Shown: positions 1 to 9,741 of the stretch, piece by piece
Numbering within the stretch: the first letter of the stretch is position 1
How the letters are laid out: every line of letters begins with the position of its first letter
Made by a program: the position numbers and the translations under genes
The notes under the pieces: generated by a model
Told to the model about the DNA's origin: nothing
What the model saw: only the letters and a program-made list of their open reading frames with translations
Database searches by the model: none
Assembly: GCA_017463185.1 (NCBI GenBank)
Contig: JAFTPS010000013.1
Coordinates: 3,826 to 67,825, forward strand
Direction of reading: 5' to 3'
DNA length: 64,000 bases
Source of the DNA: Alphaproteobacteria bacterium
Lineage (GTDB): Bacteria; Pseudomonadota; Alphaproteobacteria; Rs-D84

Positions 1-1385
1 GACGCACAACCGCAGAATATAATAAAAATGTTGGTGCGTATAACAGTCAACAAGGGAATATATTGATAAAAACTGCCCCACAGGGTGTAAATGTAAATAA
101 TAATAATCCGGGTGTTGATGGTCAACGTGGACACTATGCACGGTGGGATGCGACAACGGCAACTTGTTACATTCGTGTTGCGGCTTATAACAAAGATAAG
201 CATATTACCAACAGTTGGTTGTTCGGCGCGCTGGGGGATGATAAGCCGGCCGAGGTATGGAAAGCTGCGGGTGATACGTTCAGCTGTAATAAAGATTTGT
301 TTGGATTTTCCCTGATGAATGATACCAGCACAGTTGCCGTTGTTGGGGTTGGTGGTGGAACACTGGTTGGTGCGGGGGTTGGTGCTATTGCAGGACATGG
401 AAAGCGTGATTTTGATTGTACGCGTGAAAGTCATTTGAAAGAACTGACCGAACAATTGCGCGCCACGGGCAAGATTGGAACATTGAACCAATATTTGGAT
501 ATATCCGACCGCGTGTCCACAACCGGCGGCCAGATTACGGTGTCCCAGTGCGAAGCGATTTTGGATTTGTATAACACATATGATGAATATGCGGTTGCGG
601 TTGAAGCGTGCCAGGATGTAGAGGTTTATAGGGAAGAAGTGTCTTTGGAAATCAGCTTGGGTTGTGAAAATTATACAAATATAGACGAAGACTGTTTTGC
701 AGAACACGAAGTGTCAAAAGCCTGTGTCGGACACAACTTTAAATCGGCGCAAGAATGTCTGGATTTCCTGGCAAAAGAATTTATGGCCGGTGCAGGTGTG
801 TCGGGCGAATGCACGTTTAAGCCGTTTAATCTGGATAAATTAGAGGGTACTGGAATTTATTGCAGTGCCAGTGCCAGTACCGGTTGCCGTTTGCCAGGCG
901 AGATTCGCAAAGAACTGACCCCGTTGGATGGAATCTTTGAAAGCCTGACTATATTAAAAGGTGAAAAATCCAATATGGCAAAAAGTATTGGAATTGGCGC
1001 CGCGGTTGGTGCGGGAACGGGTGGCTTGGCCACGGCGATAACCGCGTTTGTTGAACGCAATAATATCAACTGTCGCGTTGGTGATGGTTTGGAACAGGTT
1101 GGTTTTGGTAAATCACATTCAATCGGTTCATTAAAAGATTTCTATGTAAAATGGAACTTGCGTCTGCCGGATACGGTGGCACCAACGGCGACGATTACCG
1201 ATTGTGCATCGTGGAAAAATACATGTGCGACATTTACTGATTTGGGGCAGTGTACCGCCGCGCAATTTAACTATAAACCAGTTGATGCGCCAACGGTCAC
1301 ATTGGTTCGTTCCGCTTGTGCGGTTTCGGGCAGTGCCTGTGTTGAAAATTATCCTGTTGCTAAGTCGTATGGCGCGTGTGAATAA
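1..1385 (+). CDS. Cysteine-rich, glycine-zipper-containing secreted or membrane protein. It is 5'-partial: the frame is open from base 3 to the window edge, so the TTG at 63 in the ORF track is an artefact.
   Basis: In-frame translation of bases 3-62 has no stop. Many paired Cys separated by helical E/K/A-rich segments. Two Gly-rich hydrophobic stretches (AVVGVGGGTLVGAGVGAIAG and IGIGAAVGAGTGGLATAITAF). Resembles the Cys-rich proteins at 36167-38978. Confidence 0.5.
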   Translation, partial: RTTAEYNKNVGAYNSQQGNILIKTAPQGVNVNNNNPGVDGQRGHYARWDATTATCYIRVAAYNKDKHITNSWLFGALGDDKPAEVWKAAGDTFSCNKDLFGFSLMNDTSTVAVVGVGGGTLVGAGVGAIAGHGKRDFDCTRESHLKELTEQLRATGKIGTLNQYLDISDRVSTTGGQITVSQCEAILDLYNTYDEYAVAVEACQDVEVYREEVSLEISLGCENYTNIDEDCFAEHEVSKACVGHNFKSAQECLDFLAKEFMAGAGVSGECTFKPFNLDKLEGTGIYCSASASTGCRLPGEIRKELTPLDGIFESLTILKGEKSNMAKSIGIGAAVGAGTGGLATAITAFVERNNINCRVGDGLEQVGFGKSHSIGSLKDFYVKWNLRLPDTVAPTATITDCASWKNTCATFTDLGQCTAAQFNYKPVDAPTVTLVRSACAVSGSACVENYPVAKSYGACE

Positions 1386-1387
1386 AA

Positions 1388-1410
1388 AATCCCCGAAAGG
1401 GGATTTTTTT
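1388..1410. terminator. Bidirectional rho-independent terminator (ATCCCCGAAAGGGGAT hairpin with flanking A and T runs) between convergent genes.
   Basis: Perfect 6-bp GC stem with T-run on the + strand and A-run on the other side. Confidence 0.6.
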
Positions 1411-1462
1411 GTGATAAGTATCTTGGATAAATTTTTTGCTAATTTTTGTTTTCTTGCGCTAA

Positions 1463-2038
1463 TTAAAATAAGCTTATTAAACCAATTCCTAAAATTGCTG
1501 CAATAATTGCACCAATGGTCAATGGCCAAAAGTATTTTTTTACAATTGCGTTTGCGCGTTCTTGGAAAAAATATAACAGTGCGGCGATAATCGCAAAGCG
1601 ACCTGTGCGGAATATTGCAGATACAGCTAAAAATAACCACAGTGGATAACCGATAAAGCCTAACCATATTGCCAGCAGTTTGTATGGAATTGGGGTGACC
1701 GCGGTCAGGACGATTATCATTATGCCGTATTTGCTGAACATTGGTTTGATTGTAGATTCTATCAATTCTGGGTTAGAGAATGTTTCAATCAGCCAGATTC
1801 CGACCGAATCGTACAGCCACATACCAATCATATATGCAATCGCACCACCGACAATGGACCCCAGGGCCGCCGCAATGGTGATTGGAATGGCGCGTTTCTT
1901 GTTCGCAATAATGGGTGGGGTCATAAATACTTCTGGTGGGATAAAAAGGAATATAGATTCGCATATGGTTAAAAAGAAAACCAACCACGAATATCCGCGT
2001 GATTCTGATTTTTGTAAAATAAATTCTGAAAATTTCAT
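1463..2038 (-). CDS. YqaA/DedA-family (SNARE-associated-like) inner membrane protein.
   Basis: 191 aa, multi-TM. The N-terminal pattern FLFIPPEVFM...AALGSIVGGAIAYMIG resembles E. coli YqaA. Confidence 0.45.
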   Translation of the reverse strand: MKFSEFILQKSESRGYSWLVFFLTICESIFLFIPPEVFMTPPIIANKKRAIPITIAAALGSIVGGAIAYMIGMWLYDSVGIWLIETFSNPELIESTIKPMFSKYGIMIIVLTAVTPIPYKLLAIWLGFIGYPLWLFLAVSAIFRTGRFAIIAALLYFFQERANAIVKKYFWPLTIGAIIAAILGIGLISLF

Positions 2039-2132
2039 TCCCTAATCCCTTTGCTTGAACAAAAATTTACTTGATTGTAATTTAATATTTACTAATTTAC
2101 AATAATAATAAAGCAAGACAGAGGCAAAAATA

Positions 2133-2495
2133 ATGGCAAAACGTCAATTTAATTCCAATCGTGGGGAACGTGTTGCGGCCAAGGTGCAAACCCTGGTGGC
2201 CGAGATTCTGCGTGATAATTATGGAGATGACCCGGTTTGTGCGGGTGTGTCGCTGGTGGGGGCGGTGGCGCACGGCGGATTACAATTTGTGCGTTTGTTT
2301 TATTATACGCGCAACACAGATATTGCAACGGTGCAGGCACGTTTGGACGAAATTACGCGCAGTGTGCGCTTTGAATTGGCGGCGCGTATGGACCAGAAAT
2401 ATGTCCCAGATATTAAATTTGCATATGATGATACGCTGGAACGTGCGGCACGTATTGACCAATTGCTGAATAATTTGGATGTGGGTAATGATTAG
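2133..2495 (+). CDS. rbfA: Ribosome-binding factor A.
   Basis: 120 aa. Has the RbfA pattern RVAAKVQTLVAEIL ... VSLVGAV ... YYT ... ARLDEITRSVRFELAARM ... PDIKFAYDDTLERAARIDQLL. Confidence 0.8.
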   Translation: MAKRQFNSNRGERVAAKVQTLVAEILRDNYGDDPVCAGVSLVGAVAHGGLQFVRLFYYTRNTDIATVQARLDEITRSVRFELAARMDQKYVPDIKFAYDDTLERAARIDQLLNNLDVGND

Positions 2496-2901
2496 ACGGG
2501 TATTTAAGTTAGAGCGTGGATTGCTCTGGGATTGTTATTATATTGTGAATACTTTTATGGACGCTGGGTCCGGCGGGGAATGGGTGACATTAAAATATTT
2601 GGTGGATTCTGGGCAATCTGTTATGTTTGTTGATGAACGGGCAAATGGATTTGTAAATGGCTTTTTAATTGGAAATGTAAAATCAGACTGTGCTACGGTT
2701 GATAATTTATTTGTGGATAAAAAGGCGCACAGGGGCGGTATTGGGTCCGCTTTGCTGAAAGCTTATGAGGATTATTGTATTGGTGTTGGGGCGCGGCAAA
2801 TAAAACTAAAATCGCGACCAACCAAGCAGGCGTTGGAATTTTATCAAAAGCACGGATATGTTAAATTAAACTGGGAATACCAAATGCAGAAAAGTTTATA
2901 A
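2479..2901 (+). CDS. GNAT family N-acetyltransferase.
   Basis: Acetyl-CoA binding motif HRGGIGSALL...A followed by the terminal Q..ALEFYQKHGY typical of GNATs. Overlaps rbfA by 17 nt. Confidence 0.65.
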   Translation: MWVMIRRVFKLERGLLWDCYYIVNTFMDAGSGGEWVTLKYLVDSGQSVMFVDERANGFVNGFLIGNVKSDCATVDNLFVDKKAHRGGIGSALLKAYEDYCIGVGARQIKLKSRPTKQALEFYQKHGYVKLNWEYQMQKSL

Positions 2902-2957
2902 AATTTCACCTTGCGAATGCATGAATACTGGTATATCATTGCCGCATAAGGAAACTG

Positions 2958-2999
2958 AGTGGTTAGTGTAAGTGGTTAGTGGCTAGTGGTGGAATACAT
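2958..2999 (+). repeat. GTGGTTAGTG-family dispersed repeat, copy A. Forms the left inverted arm flanking the four-helix-bundle gene.
   Basis: AGTGGTTAGTGTAAGTGGTTAGTGGCTAGTGGTGGAATACAT. 38/42 identical to the copy at 9768-9809. The reverse complement recurs at 3338-3370. Confidence 0.7.
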
Positions 3000-3363
3000 G
3001 AAATCAGTCAAGGATTTAAAAGTTTATCAATGTGGATTTAAATTGACGATTGATGTATATAGGGTTACGGCTTGCTTTCCACCGAATGAACAATTTGGGT
3101 TAGTTTCACAGATGCGTAGGGCCGCTGTGTCTGTATGTTCTAATTTAGCAGAAGGGGCGGCGCGTGGAACAACGAAAGAGTATTTGCATTTTGTGTATGT
3201 AGCAAAAGGCTCGGCTGCGGAACTGGAAGCACAAATAGATTTAGCGACTGCATTAGGGTTTGTTGAAAAGGCCAAAGCAGGACAAATACATAAAGATATA
3301 ACGGAAGTTTTAAGAATGTTATCAGGATTGATTCATTCACTAACCACTAACACTAACCACTAA
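2995..3363 (+). CDS. Four-helix-bundle protein (23S rRNA intervening-sequence-protein family).
   Basis: About 122 aa. Signature [74 protein letters not shown]. The ATG at 2995 is preferred over the GTG at 2986. Confidence 0.7.
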   Translation, partial: YMKSVKDLKVYQCGFKLTIDVYRVTACFPPNEQFGLVSQMRRAAVSVCSNLAEGAARGTTKEYLHFVYVAKGSAAELEAQIDLATALGFVEKAKAGQIHKDITEVLRMLSGLIHSLTTNTNH

Positions 3364-3370
3364 CAACTGG
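3338..3370 (-). repeat. GTGGTTAGTG-family repeat in inverted orientation. It forms the right arm and overlaps the last codons and stop of the four-helix-bundle gene.
   Basis: CACTAACCACTAACACTAACCACTAACAACTGG is the reverse complement of the TAGTGG-type repeat at 2958-2999. Confidence 0.65.
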
Positions 3371-3377
3371 TAATAAC

Positions 3378-5171
3378 ATGAAGCAATCTAATATCCGGAA
3401 TTTTTCAATTGTTGCACATATTGACCATGGCAAGTCCACTTTGTCGGACCGTTTAATTGAATTTACGGGCGGTCTGCAATCGCGCGAGATGAAGGCCCAA
3501 GTCTTGGATTCTATGGATATTGAACGTGAACGCGGTATCACGATTAAAGCGCAGACGGTGCGCCTGAATTACAAGGCAAAAAATGGCGAGGTTTATCAAC
3601 TGAATCTGATGGATACGCCGGGGCACGTAGACTTTTCGTATGAGGTGTCACGGTCGTTGGCCGCGTGCGAGGGGGCTTTGGTGTTGGTTGATGCAACCCA
3701 GGGGGTGCAGGCACAGACGTTGGCGAATGCGTATCTGGCGTTGGATAATGATTTGGAAATGTTACCTGTGTTGAACAAGATTGACTTGCCGTCCAGTGAT
3801 GTTGCCGCCACACGTGAACAGATTGCTGATGTTATCGGTCTGGATGCGAACGAGGCGTTAGCCGTATCGGGCAAAACCGGTGATGGTGTACCAGAATTAT
3901 TGGAAGAGATTGTAAATAAATTGCCCGCGCCGCATGGTGATGAAAATGCACCGACACGTGCGCTGTTGGTGGATTCGTGGTATGATTCATATCTGGGGGT
4001 TGTTATTCTGGTACGTGTGGTTGACGGTAATTTATCGCGCGGTCAGAAAATTAAATTTATGGCAACCGGGGCAGAATATGTTGTTGATAAAATTGGCTAT
4101 TTTACACCCAAAATGGTAAATGTTGATGCGTTACATACCGGGGAAATAGGTTTTATTATCACGGGAATGAAAACAATTCACGATTGCAAGGTTGGCGATA
4201 CAATCTGCGATTCGCGGGCGGAAAATATGAAAATGTTGCCCGGTTTTAAGCCGTCTGTGCCGGTGGTGTTTTCGTCATTCTTTCCGGTAGAGGCGGATGA
4301 TTATCCAACGTTCCGTGAAAGTGCGGAAAAGTTAGCTTTGAATGATGCTTCGTTTATGTTTACTGTTGAAAAATCATCTGCGTTGGGGTTTGGTTTGCGA
4401 TGTGGATTTTTGGGATTGTTGCACATGGAAATTATCAGTGAAAGATTGGCGCGTGAATTTAATCTGAATCTGATAAATACCGTGCCCAGCGTGCTGTACA
4501 AGATTCATTTGCGCGATGGCAGTGTCATAGATTTGGAAAATCCCGCTGATATGCCGGACCCAACACGAATCGCATCTATTGAAGAACCGTGGGTGCGTGC
4601 AACGATTATGATGCCCGATAAATATATGGGCGGAATTATGTCGCTGTGCTCGGAACGACGCGGAATCCAGGAAAATATTTCATATGTTGGTAATCGTGCG
4701 GTATTGGTATATCAGTTGCCGTTGGCGGAAATTGTGTTTGATTTTTATGACAGAGTAAAGTCTATTTCGTCAGGCTATGCGTCGTTTGATTATGTTGTAT
4801 TCGGATATCAACCATCCGATTTAGTAAAGGTTTCTATTCTGGTGAACGAGGAAAATGTTGAGCCTTTGTCATTTATGTGTCATCGGTCTTTTGCGGAAAA
4901 GCGTGGGCGTCAGATTGTTGAAAAATTAAAAGATTTAATTCCGCGTCATCAATTCAAAATTCCGTTGCAGGCAGCTATTGGTGGCAAGATTATTGCAAGA
5001 GAGACTATTGCTGCATATCGCAAAGATGTGACGGCAAAATGTTATGGGGGGGATATAACCCGTAAACGTAAATTGTTGGAAAAACAGAAAGAGGGTAAAA
5101 AGCGTATGCGTACCTTTGGTAATGTGGAAATTCCGCAATCGGCGTTTATCAATGCATTAAAGGTATCTTAA
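3378..5171 (+). CDS. lepA: Elongation factor 4 (LepA).
   Basis: 597 aa. N-terminal [22 protein letters not shown]-binding domain, DTPGHVDF and NKIDL motifs, and the LepA-specific C-terminal region. Confidence 0.95.
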   Translation: MKQSNIRNFSIVAHIDHGKSTLSDRLIEFTGGLQSREMKAQVLDSMDIERERGITIKAQTVRLNYKAKNGEVYQLNLMDTPGHVDFSYEVSRSLAACEGALVLVDATQGVQAQTLANAYLALDNDLEMLPVLNKIDLPSSDVAATREQIADVIGLDANEALAVSGKTGDGVPELLEEIVNKLPAPHGDENAPTRALLVDSWYDSYLGVVILVRVVDGNLSRGQKIKFMATGAEYVVDKIGYFTPKMVNVDALHTGEIGFIITGMKTIHDCKVGDTICDSRAENMKMLPGFKPSVPVVFSSFFPVEADDYPTFRESAEKLALNDASFMFTVEKSSALGFGLRCGFLGLLHMEIISERLAREFNLNLINTVPSVLYKIHLRDGSVIDLENPADMPDPTRIASIEEPWVRATIMMPDKYMGGIMSLCSERRGIQENISYVGNRAVLVYQLPLAEIVFDFYDRVKSISSGYASFDYVVFGYQPSDLVKVSILVNEENVEPLSFMCHRSFAEKRGRQIVEKLKDLIPRHQFKIPLQAAIGGKIIARETIAAYRKDVTAKCYGGDITRKRKLLEKQKEGKKRMRTFGNVEIPQSAFINALKVS

Positions 5172-5182
5172 AAGGATTTATT

Positions 5183-5593
5183 ATGAAATGGTTTGATTAT
5201 TTGAAAAAAACACCTGTGGTACAAATTGTTGCAGATTGGCAGGAATACAGAAAATTAAAACAAGAAACTAATGCAGCACGGGATGATGCGGATTCTGCAT
5301 ATTTGTCTTTGAGACGATTTTATCCCATTGAAGCAAATATAAACAGTGGTAATGCGTGTGTAAAATGCAAACGAATTATTGATGACTTTGATGTTCTGAA
5401 TCAATCGCCGTGCAATTATTTTGTTGTATATTGTCCACATTTTGCGCCTCGGGACCAGGAAAAGAAATGTTCAAATAATTTGTGTGTGGGGTATCGGGCT
5501 AACAATCGTTATTATGATGCCAGGGTTCGGTATGATGCGTTAAAGGCAAAGTCTGATGCGTTTTGGAATAAAAAATTTGCAAATGTAAAATAA
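5183..5593 (+). CDS. Hypothetical protein with a Cys cluster (CVKCKRI...C..YCPHF...C..NLC), possibly a zinc ribbon.
   Basis: 136-aa ORF with plausible coding content. No recognisable family. Confidence 0.35.
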   Translation: MKWFDYLKKTPVVQIVADWQEYRKLKQETNAARDDADSAYLSLRRFYPIEANINSGNACVKCKRIIDDFDVLNQSPCNYFVVYCPHFAPRDQEKKCSNNLCVGYRANNRYYDARVRYDALKAKSDAFWNKKFANVK

Positions 5594-5612
5594 AAATACA
5601 AAGGGGGCCGAA

Positions 5613-6620
5613 ATGGCGCACCAGTTTTATTTTAATCCGTATATCTTGGATAACTTGCCTGCGCCAAGTTCGGGGTTTGATGTTGTTCAGGATATGTCTG
5701 AGCCGCGGTTGCGTATGTATATTACCAGTCGTGGGGTTAAAACTTTCTTTGTGCGCAAACGTGTTCATGGCAAAGATAAGCGCATTTTAATTGGCAACTA
5801 TCCTGATATGGATATAGAGGATGCGCGCAGTGCGGTTCCCACACTGTTGCAGGATGCGATGAAAAAGCCACCCGTGCGTCGTAAAAAAATTACATTTAAA
5901 AAATTTCTGGATTTATATTTAACGAATCGGGTTCGCCGGGGCGAGGATTCTCATACCAAACTGGTGCGGGCAATCAATCGTCATTTGTCTGATTTGTTTG
6001 AAAAAAATATTTGTGAAATATCAGCAACTGATATTCAAAATGTGATTTCACAAATTGGTGGGCCAGCCATTGCAGCGCGTATGCAGGAATTATTGCAGAG
6101 TATTTTTAACTATGCGATAGAAACTGGGTATGTGAAAAAAAATCCAACCGCCAATATTCAAAAGGTTCCACAAAATCGCCGTGTGCGTCCATTAAATCGT
6201 GCGGGCTTGCATCGCTTGATTGCAGCCATAGACCAATATCCAGACCAGACATTGCGGGCGGCATTCTTTATGTTGATTTATGGTTTTGTGCCGCGCTCAA
6301 AAGTTTTTTCTATGGCGTGGGAAGATTTAGATTTTAATCACGATATGTGGTTGGGGCGACCTTTGTCGGACCGTGCCATTGTTTTGTTGCAGGATTTACC
6401 CCAGGATGGACATTGGGTTTTCCCGGGACGGGGCGGTATGCATTTGATGGACCCGCGTACAGCCTGGCGACGCGTTGCGGTGGCGGCTGGGATTCCGGGA
6501 TTGACAATGGATGATGTGTATAAATTCCTGATGCGTCAGTTGGTTTGGGCGTCCGACCGCGAGGATTTTCGTGCAAATATAAATTCATTGTTGGATGATA
6601 TATTTTCCCAAAACATATAA
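5613..6620 (+). CDS. P4-type tyrosine integrase homologue, probably degenerate or inactive.
   Basis: The N-terminal integrase SAM-like and core-binding regions are recognisable (FVRKRVHGKDKRILIG ... FKKFLDLYL ... LIYGFVPRSKVFSMAWEDLDFNHDMW). The expected HxLR box and terminal catalytic Tyr are not evident (LTMDDVYKFLMRQL, ends ...DDIFSQNI). Confidence 0.55.
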   Translation: MAHQFYFNPYILDNLPAPSSGFDVVQDMSEPRLRMYITSRGVKTFFVRKRVHGKDKRILIGNYPDMDIEDARSAVPTLLQDAMKKPPVRRKKITFKKFLDLYLTNRVRRGEDSHTKLVRAINRHLSDLFEKNICEISATDIQNVISQIGGPAIAARMQELLQSIFNYAIETGYVKKNPTANIQKVPQNRRVRPLNRAGLHRLIAAIDQYPDQTLRAAFFMLIYGFVPRSKVFSMAWEDLDFNHDMWLGRPLSDRAIVLLQDLPQDGHWVFPGRGGMHLMDPRTAWRRVAVAAGIPGLTMDDVYKFLMRQLVWASDREDFRANINSLLDDIFSQNI

Positions 6621-6752
6621 TTTACGCTTTGTCAAGCGTTTGTTATCGTTTGTTATAATTCCTTGACACGGTACCTATAAAATGATAGTTTATTAGATAA
6701 TGACGGTCATGGTATGGACCAGAAAGTTTAACATAAACAAAGGAAAAGAAAT

Positions 6753-6986
6753 ATGACAACTTTTGAAAAAGTAAAAAAAATCGTAGCTGAAAAACTGGGT
6801 GTGCCAGAAGAAAAAGTTACAGAAGAAGCAACATTCGTAAATGATTTGGGTGCTGATTCTTTGGATGTTGTTGAATTTGTTATGGAAGTTGAAAAAGAAT
6901 TTGACATCACAATCCCAGACGATGCAGCTGCGAAACTGGAAAAAGTTGGTGATGCAGTTAAATATATTGAAGAACACAAAAAATAA
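6753..6986 (+). CDS. acpP: Acyl carrier protein.
   Basis: 77 aa with the phosphopantetheine site [10 protein letters not shown]. Confidence 0.95.
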   Translation: MTTFEKVKKIVAEKLGVPEEKVTEEATFVNDLGADSLDVVEFVMEVEKEFDITIPDDAAAKLEKVGDAVKYIEEHKK

Positions 6987-7016
6987 TATTTGTTTCAGTA
7001 TATAAAAAACTTTATC

Positions 7017-7048
7017 CGTCGGTGCAATTGTGCCGGCGGATTTTTTTA
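7017..7048 (+). terminator. Hairpin plus T-run between acpP and fabF (partial terminator or attenuator).
   Basis: CCGTCGGTGCAATTGTGCCGGCGG followed by ATTTTTTT. Confidence 0.5.
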
Positions 7049-7117
7049 CTGCAATTTAATTATAAAAAGTTTATTATATGCCCGTATGTTAGTTAAAATA
7101 CATAAGGAAAGAATATA

Positions 7118-8368
7118 ATGAAAAGAGTTGTTATTACCGGAATGGGTATTGTTTCCCCCGTGGGGACCGGAATTGAATATGCATGGAAAAATATTTTGGC
7201 GGGTAAATCAGGGGTTCGCAAAATAGATACTTTTGATGTGTCTGACCTGGCGTCGCAAATCGCTGGTATTCCACAGCAGGGGACAGACGAAGGGATGTAT
7301 AATCCAGATGCAGTGGTTGATGCGCGTGAACAGCGCAAGTTAGATAAATATGCAGTCTATGGTATGGTTGCGGCAGATGAAGCAATCAAAGATGCGGGAT
7401 TGGATAAATATGATGGCGATATGACACGCGTTGGGGTGTCTATTGGCAGTGGTATTGGTGGTTTTAATACAATTTATGATAACTGTATTGAATTGCATAC
7501 TGGTGGTCCGCGTCGCGTTAGTCCGTTCTTTATTCCAAAGGGCATTATCAATATGGCGGCGGGCAATATTTCAATAAAGTATGGTTTAAGGGGGCCAAAT
7601 ATTTCTGTGGTGACGGCGTGTGCGACCGGTGCGCATTCTATTGGCGAAGCCGCACGTATGATTAAATATGGTGACGCAGATATTATGGTATGTGGTGGCA
7701 CCGAAGGTGCGGTCAGTCGTATTGCATTGGCGGGATTTTCCGCGATGAAAGCATTAAGTACGCGTAATGATGAACCTGAAAAGGCTTCACGTCCGTGGGA
7801 CAAAAATCGTGACGGTTTTATTATGGCCGAAGGTGCCGGTGTATTGGTTCTGGAAGAATATGAACATGCGGTTGCGCGTGGCGCAAAAATCTATGCCGAA
7901 GTTGCAGGGTACGGTATGTCCGGGGATGCGTATCACATTACTGCGCCCGCCCCAAATGGCGAGGGTGGCGCACGTGCAATGGCGGCCGCATTAAAGGATG
8001 CTGGCTTAAATCCGTCAGATGTTGATTATATAAATGCGCACGGCACATCAACGGGACTGGGTGATGTTGGTGAATTGGCCGCGGTTCAGGGATTGTTTGG
8101 TGATGTGCCGGTTTCTATGTCGTCAACAAAATCTATGACAGGGCATTTGTTGGGGGCGGCCGGTGCGGTAGAGGCTATTTTCTGTGCGCTGGCAATTCGT
8201 GATGGTATTGTTCCGCCGACAATCAACCTGGACGAACCAGAAGATGTCGTTGGCAACTTTGACCTGGTGCCGCATGTTGCAAAATCACGCAAGGTTGATG
8301 TTGCGTTGAGTAACAGTTTTGGCTTTGGTGGAACAAATGCATCTATTGTGTTGAAAAAATTAAAATAA
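7118..8368 (+). CDS. fabF: 3-oxoacyl-ACP synthase II.
   Basis: 416 aa, KAS II throughout. Active-site Cys in VTACATGAHSIG, the HGTSTxxGD motif, and NSFGFGGTNASIV. Confidence 0.95.
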   Translation: MKRVVITGMGIVSPVGTGIEYAWKNILAGKSGVRKIDTFDVSDLASQIAGIPQQGTDEGMYNPDAVVDAREQRKLDKYAVYGMVAADEAIKDAGLDKYDGDMTRVGVSIGSGIGGFNTIYDNCIELHTGGPRRVSPFFIPKGIINMAAGNISIKYGLRGPNISVVTACATGAHSIGEAARMIKYGDADIMVCGGTEGAVSRIALAGFSAMKALSTRNDEPEKASRPWDKNRDGFIMAEGAGVLVLEEYEHAVARGAKIYAEVAGYGMSGDAYHITAPAPNGEGGARAMAAALKDAGLNPSDVDYINAHGTSTGLGDVGELAAVQGLFGDVPVSMSSTKSMTGHLLGAAGAVEAIFCALAIRDGIVPPTINLDEPEDVVGNFDLVPHVAKSRKVDVALSNSFGFGGTNASIVLKKLK

Positions 8369-8390
8369 GAATAATCGTTTTTTAATTTTT

Positions 8391-8417
8391 TATCCCCCAG
8401 AAATTTTGGGGGATTTT
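8391..8417. terminator. Bidirectional terminator (ATCCCCCAGAAATTTTGGGGGAT) between convergent fabF and the 8420-8875 gene.
   Basis: 7-bp GC stem with flanking T-runs. Confidence 0.6.
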
Positions 8418-8419
8418 TA

Positions 8420-8875
8420 TTATTTCTGATTTTCTTTCAGTCTGTAAATTATATTGAATAATTGTGCGGAATTGTCGGTCGTTTGAATTTTGCCAGTAAT
8501 ACGTTTTTCTGCCATATCTAGTGTCTTAAAGAATTTAGGTGAACGCACGCGTGTAATAAAGCGTTTCAAATCGCATTGTGTTTTATCCAATGCGCTGCCG
8601 ACTTCGTGTTTTGTTCTTTCGTCCAATAAACTGTGTTGCGGATTTAGTGATGTGCCGCGTTGCAGGCTAATATGACCCTTATATTTCATTTTTGGATATG
8701 TTCCAATTTTATATGGTGCTTTACAGGTTGCGCTGATAATCAGGCAATATGGGTAATCGGCCAGACCGCGTTTTGTAAATGTGTAAAGAATATCGTCGTT
8801 GCTGATATATGCGTCGGCTTGTGTGTCTTTGTCCATGATAAATGCGATTGCGATATCATAAATTTCGTTTTTCAT
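8420..8875 (-). CDS. Hypothetical protein (151 aa).
   Basis: Intact ORF with a terminator at its 3' end. No recognisable family. Confidence 0.3.
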   Translation of the reverse strand: MKNEIYDIAIAFIMDKDTQADAYISNDDILYTFTKRGLADYPYCLIISATCKAPYKIGTYPKMKYKGHISLQRGTSLNPQHSLLDERTKHEVGSALDKTQCDLKRFITRVRSPKFFKTLDMAEKRITGKIQTTDNSAQLFNIIYRLKENQK

Positions 8876-8960
8876 TTTTTAACCTCTTATTTGTTATTCC
8901 TGTGATAGGTATAGCACAAAAAACATTGTTTGTCAATAGGTAGGTTTTATAATTTATTTT

Positions 8961-9250
8961 TCCTTGTTTTTATGGGGCGGGTTTGGTAGAATTTTCTGTG
9001 AAACCATCAGGGATTGTGGTTTCGGGGCCTTAGAAAGCCTACTTTGCGCCGACACGGTGTTTGTGTCGTTCCCTACGCATAGTATGGGGCGCATTGTGCG
9101 CCATTTATTATGCACTAATCACCCGGACCTTTGTGTCGGGGTGCCGCCGGTGTATGCAACAGGGCGCATGCGCCCAAAGACCGGCGGGAACATGCAAAGT
9201 GTTTTTCTAACACCCCGACCGTCAATTCCATTGGCGGTTTTGTTTTTTAT
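8961..9250 (+). other. GC-rich, hairpin-dense non-coding segment. Candidate structured RNA or long 5' leader upstream of the pilin-like gene.
   Basis: Local GC is far above the surroundings. Several perfect or near-perfect hairpins: GAAACCA/TGGTTTC, CGACAC/GTGTCG, GGCGCATTGTGCGCC, GGGCGCATGCGCCC, and CCGCCGGT...ACCGGCGG enclosing about 30 nt. The 101-aa ORF over it looks non-coding. Confidence 0.3.
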
Positions 9251-9265
9251 ACAAAGGGGTGAAAT

Positions 9266-9628
9266 ATGAAATGTCAAAAAATGCTTGTGGGACTGGCGTT
9301 ATCATTGGTTGTGATACCGGCGTTTGCCGCGGCGAATATTGATGGACTATGTGGACTGATTGCCGAAATGCAGGGAATTTTCAAAATTCTGCGGACATTG
9401 GCATTCGCGGGGGCGGGATTTATTCTGGCCAAATATGCGTGGGAAGCAATCAGTACTGGTAAATTAAATGGTGAAGCAGAACTTATCAAAGGGGTACAGA
9501 AAACAGGTATTCCAATGCTGGTGGGGCTAATTTTGCTGTTTATGATTGGCACTATATTACAGGTGCTAAGTTCTGCTTCTGGGGCCAGTGTGTTGGGGTG
9601 CAGTGACGAGTTGTTTCAAGGATGGTAA
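9266..9628 (+). CDS. VirB2/TrbC-like type IV secretion pilin candidate.
   Basis: 120 aa. Signal peptide ending AFAAA, then two hydrophobic helices separated by a short polar loop. Size and topology are typical of VirB2 and TrbC pilins. No other T4SS genes in the window. Confidence 0.45.
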   Translation: MKCQKMLVGLALSLVVIPAFAAANIDGLCGLIAEMQGIFKILRTLAFAGAGFILAKYAWEAISTGKLNGEAELIKGVQKTGIPMLVGLILLFMIGTILQVLSSASGASVLGCSDELFQGW

Positions 9629-9643
9629 ATAAAGGGGGGTAAA

Positions 9644-9739
9644 ATGAGAATTACATATGAACATAAAAAGTGTATAGTTTATTATGTTGCCGTCGTTGCA
9701 ATATTGCTGTGCGGCGTTATGATTGGAATAGGGTATTAA
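9644..9739 (+). CDS. 31-aa single-pass membrane peptide immediately downstream of the pilin-like gene.
   Basis: MRITYEHKKCIVYYVAVVAILLCGVMIGIGY. Preceded by GGGG (9-12 nt upstream) and followed directly by the terminator. Confidence 0.3.
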   Translation: MRITYEHKKCIVYYVAVVAILLCGVMIGIGY

Positions 9740-9741
9740 AA

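Noticed and set aside
63-1385. ORF-track start at 63 (TTG) for the first gene
   Set aside because: The reading frame is open from base 3 to the window edge with no in-frame stop, so the gene is 5'-truncated by the window and 63 is not a real start.
8961-9250. Tested whether the GC-rich element is tmRNA, RNase P RNA, SRP RNA or 6S RNA
   Set aside because: No match to the conserved tmRNA termini or tag-reading frame, the RNase P P4/GGAAAGUCCGG motifs, or the SRP domain IV motif. 5'/3' ends are not complementary as 6S would require. It is left unclassified.
8964-9269. 101-aa ORF covering the GC-rich segment
   Set aside because: The translation is Cys/Arg/Pro-rich nonsense and the DNA is a series of perfect hairpins. 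It was treated as non-coding structured sequence instead.
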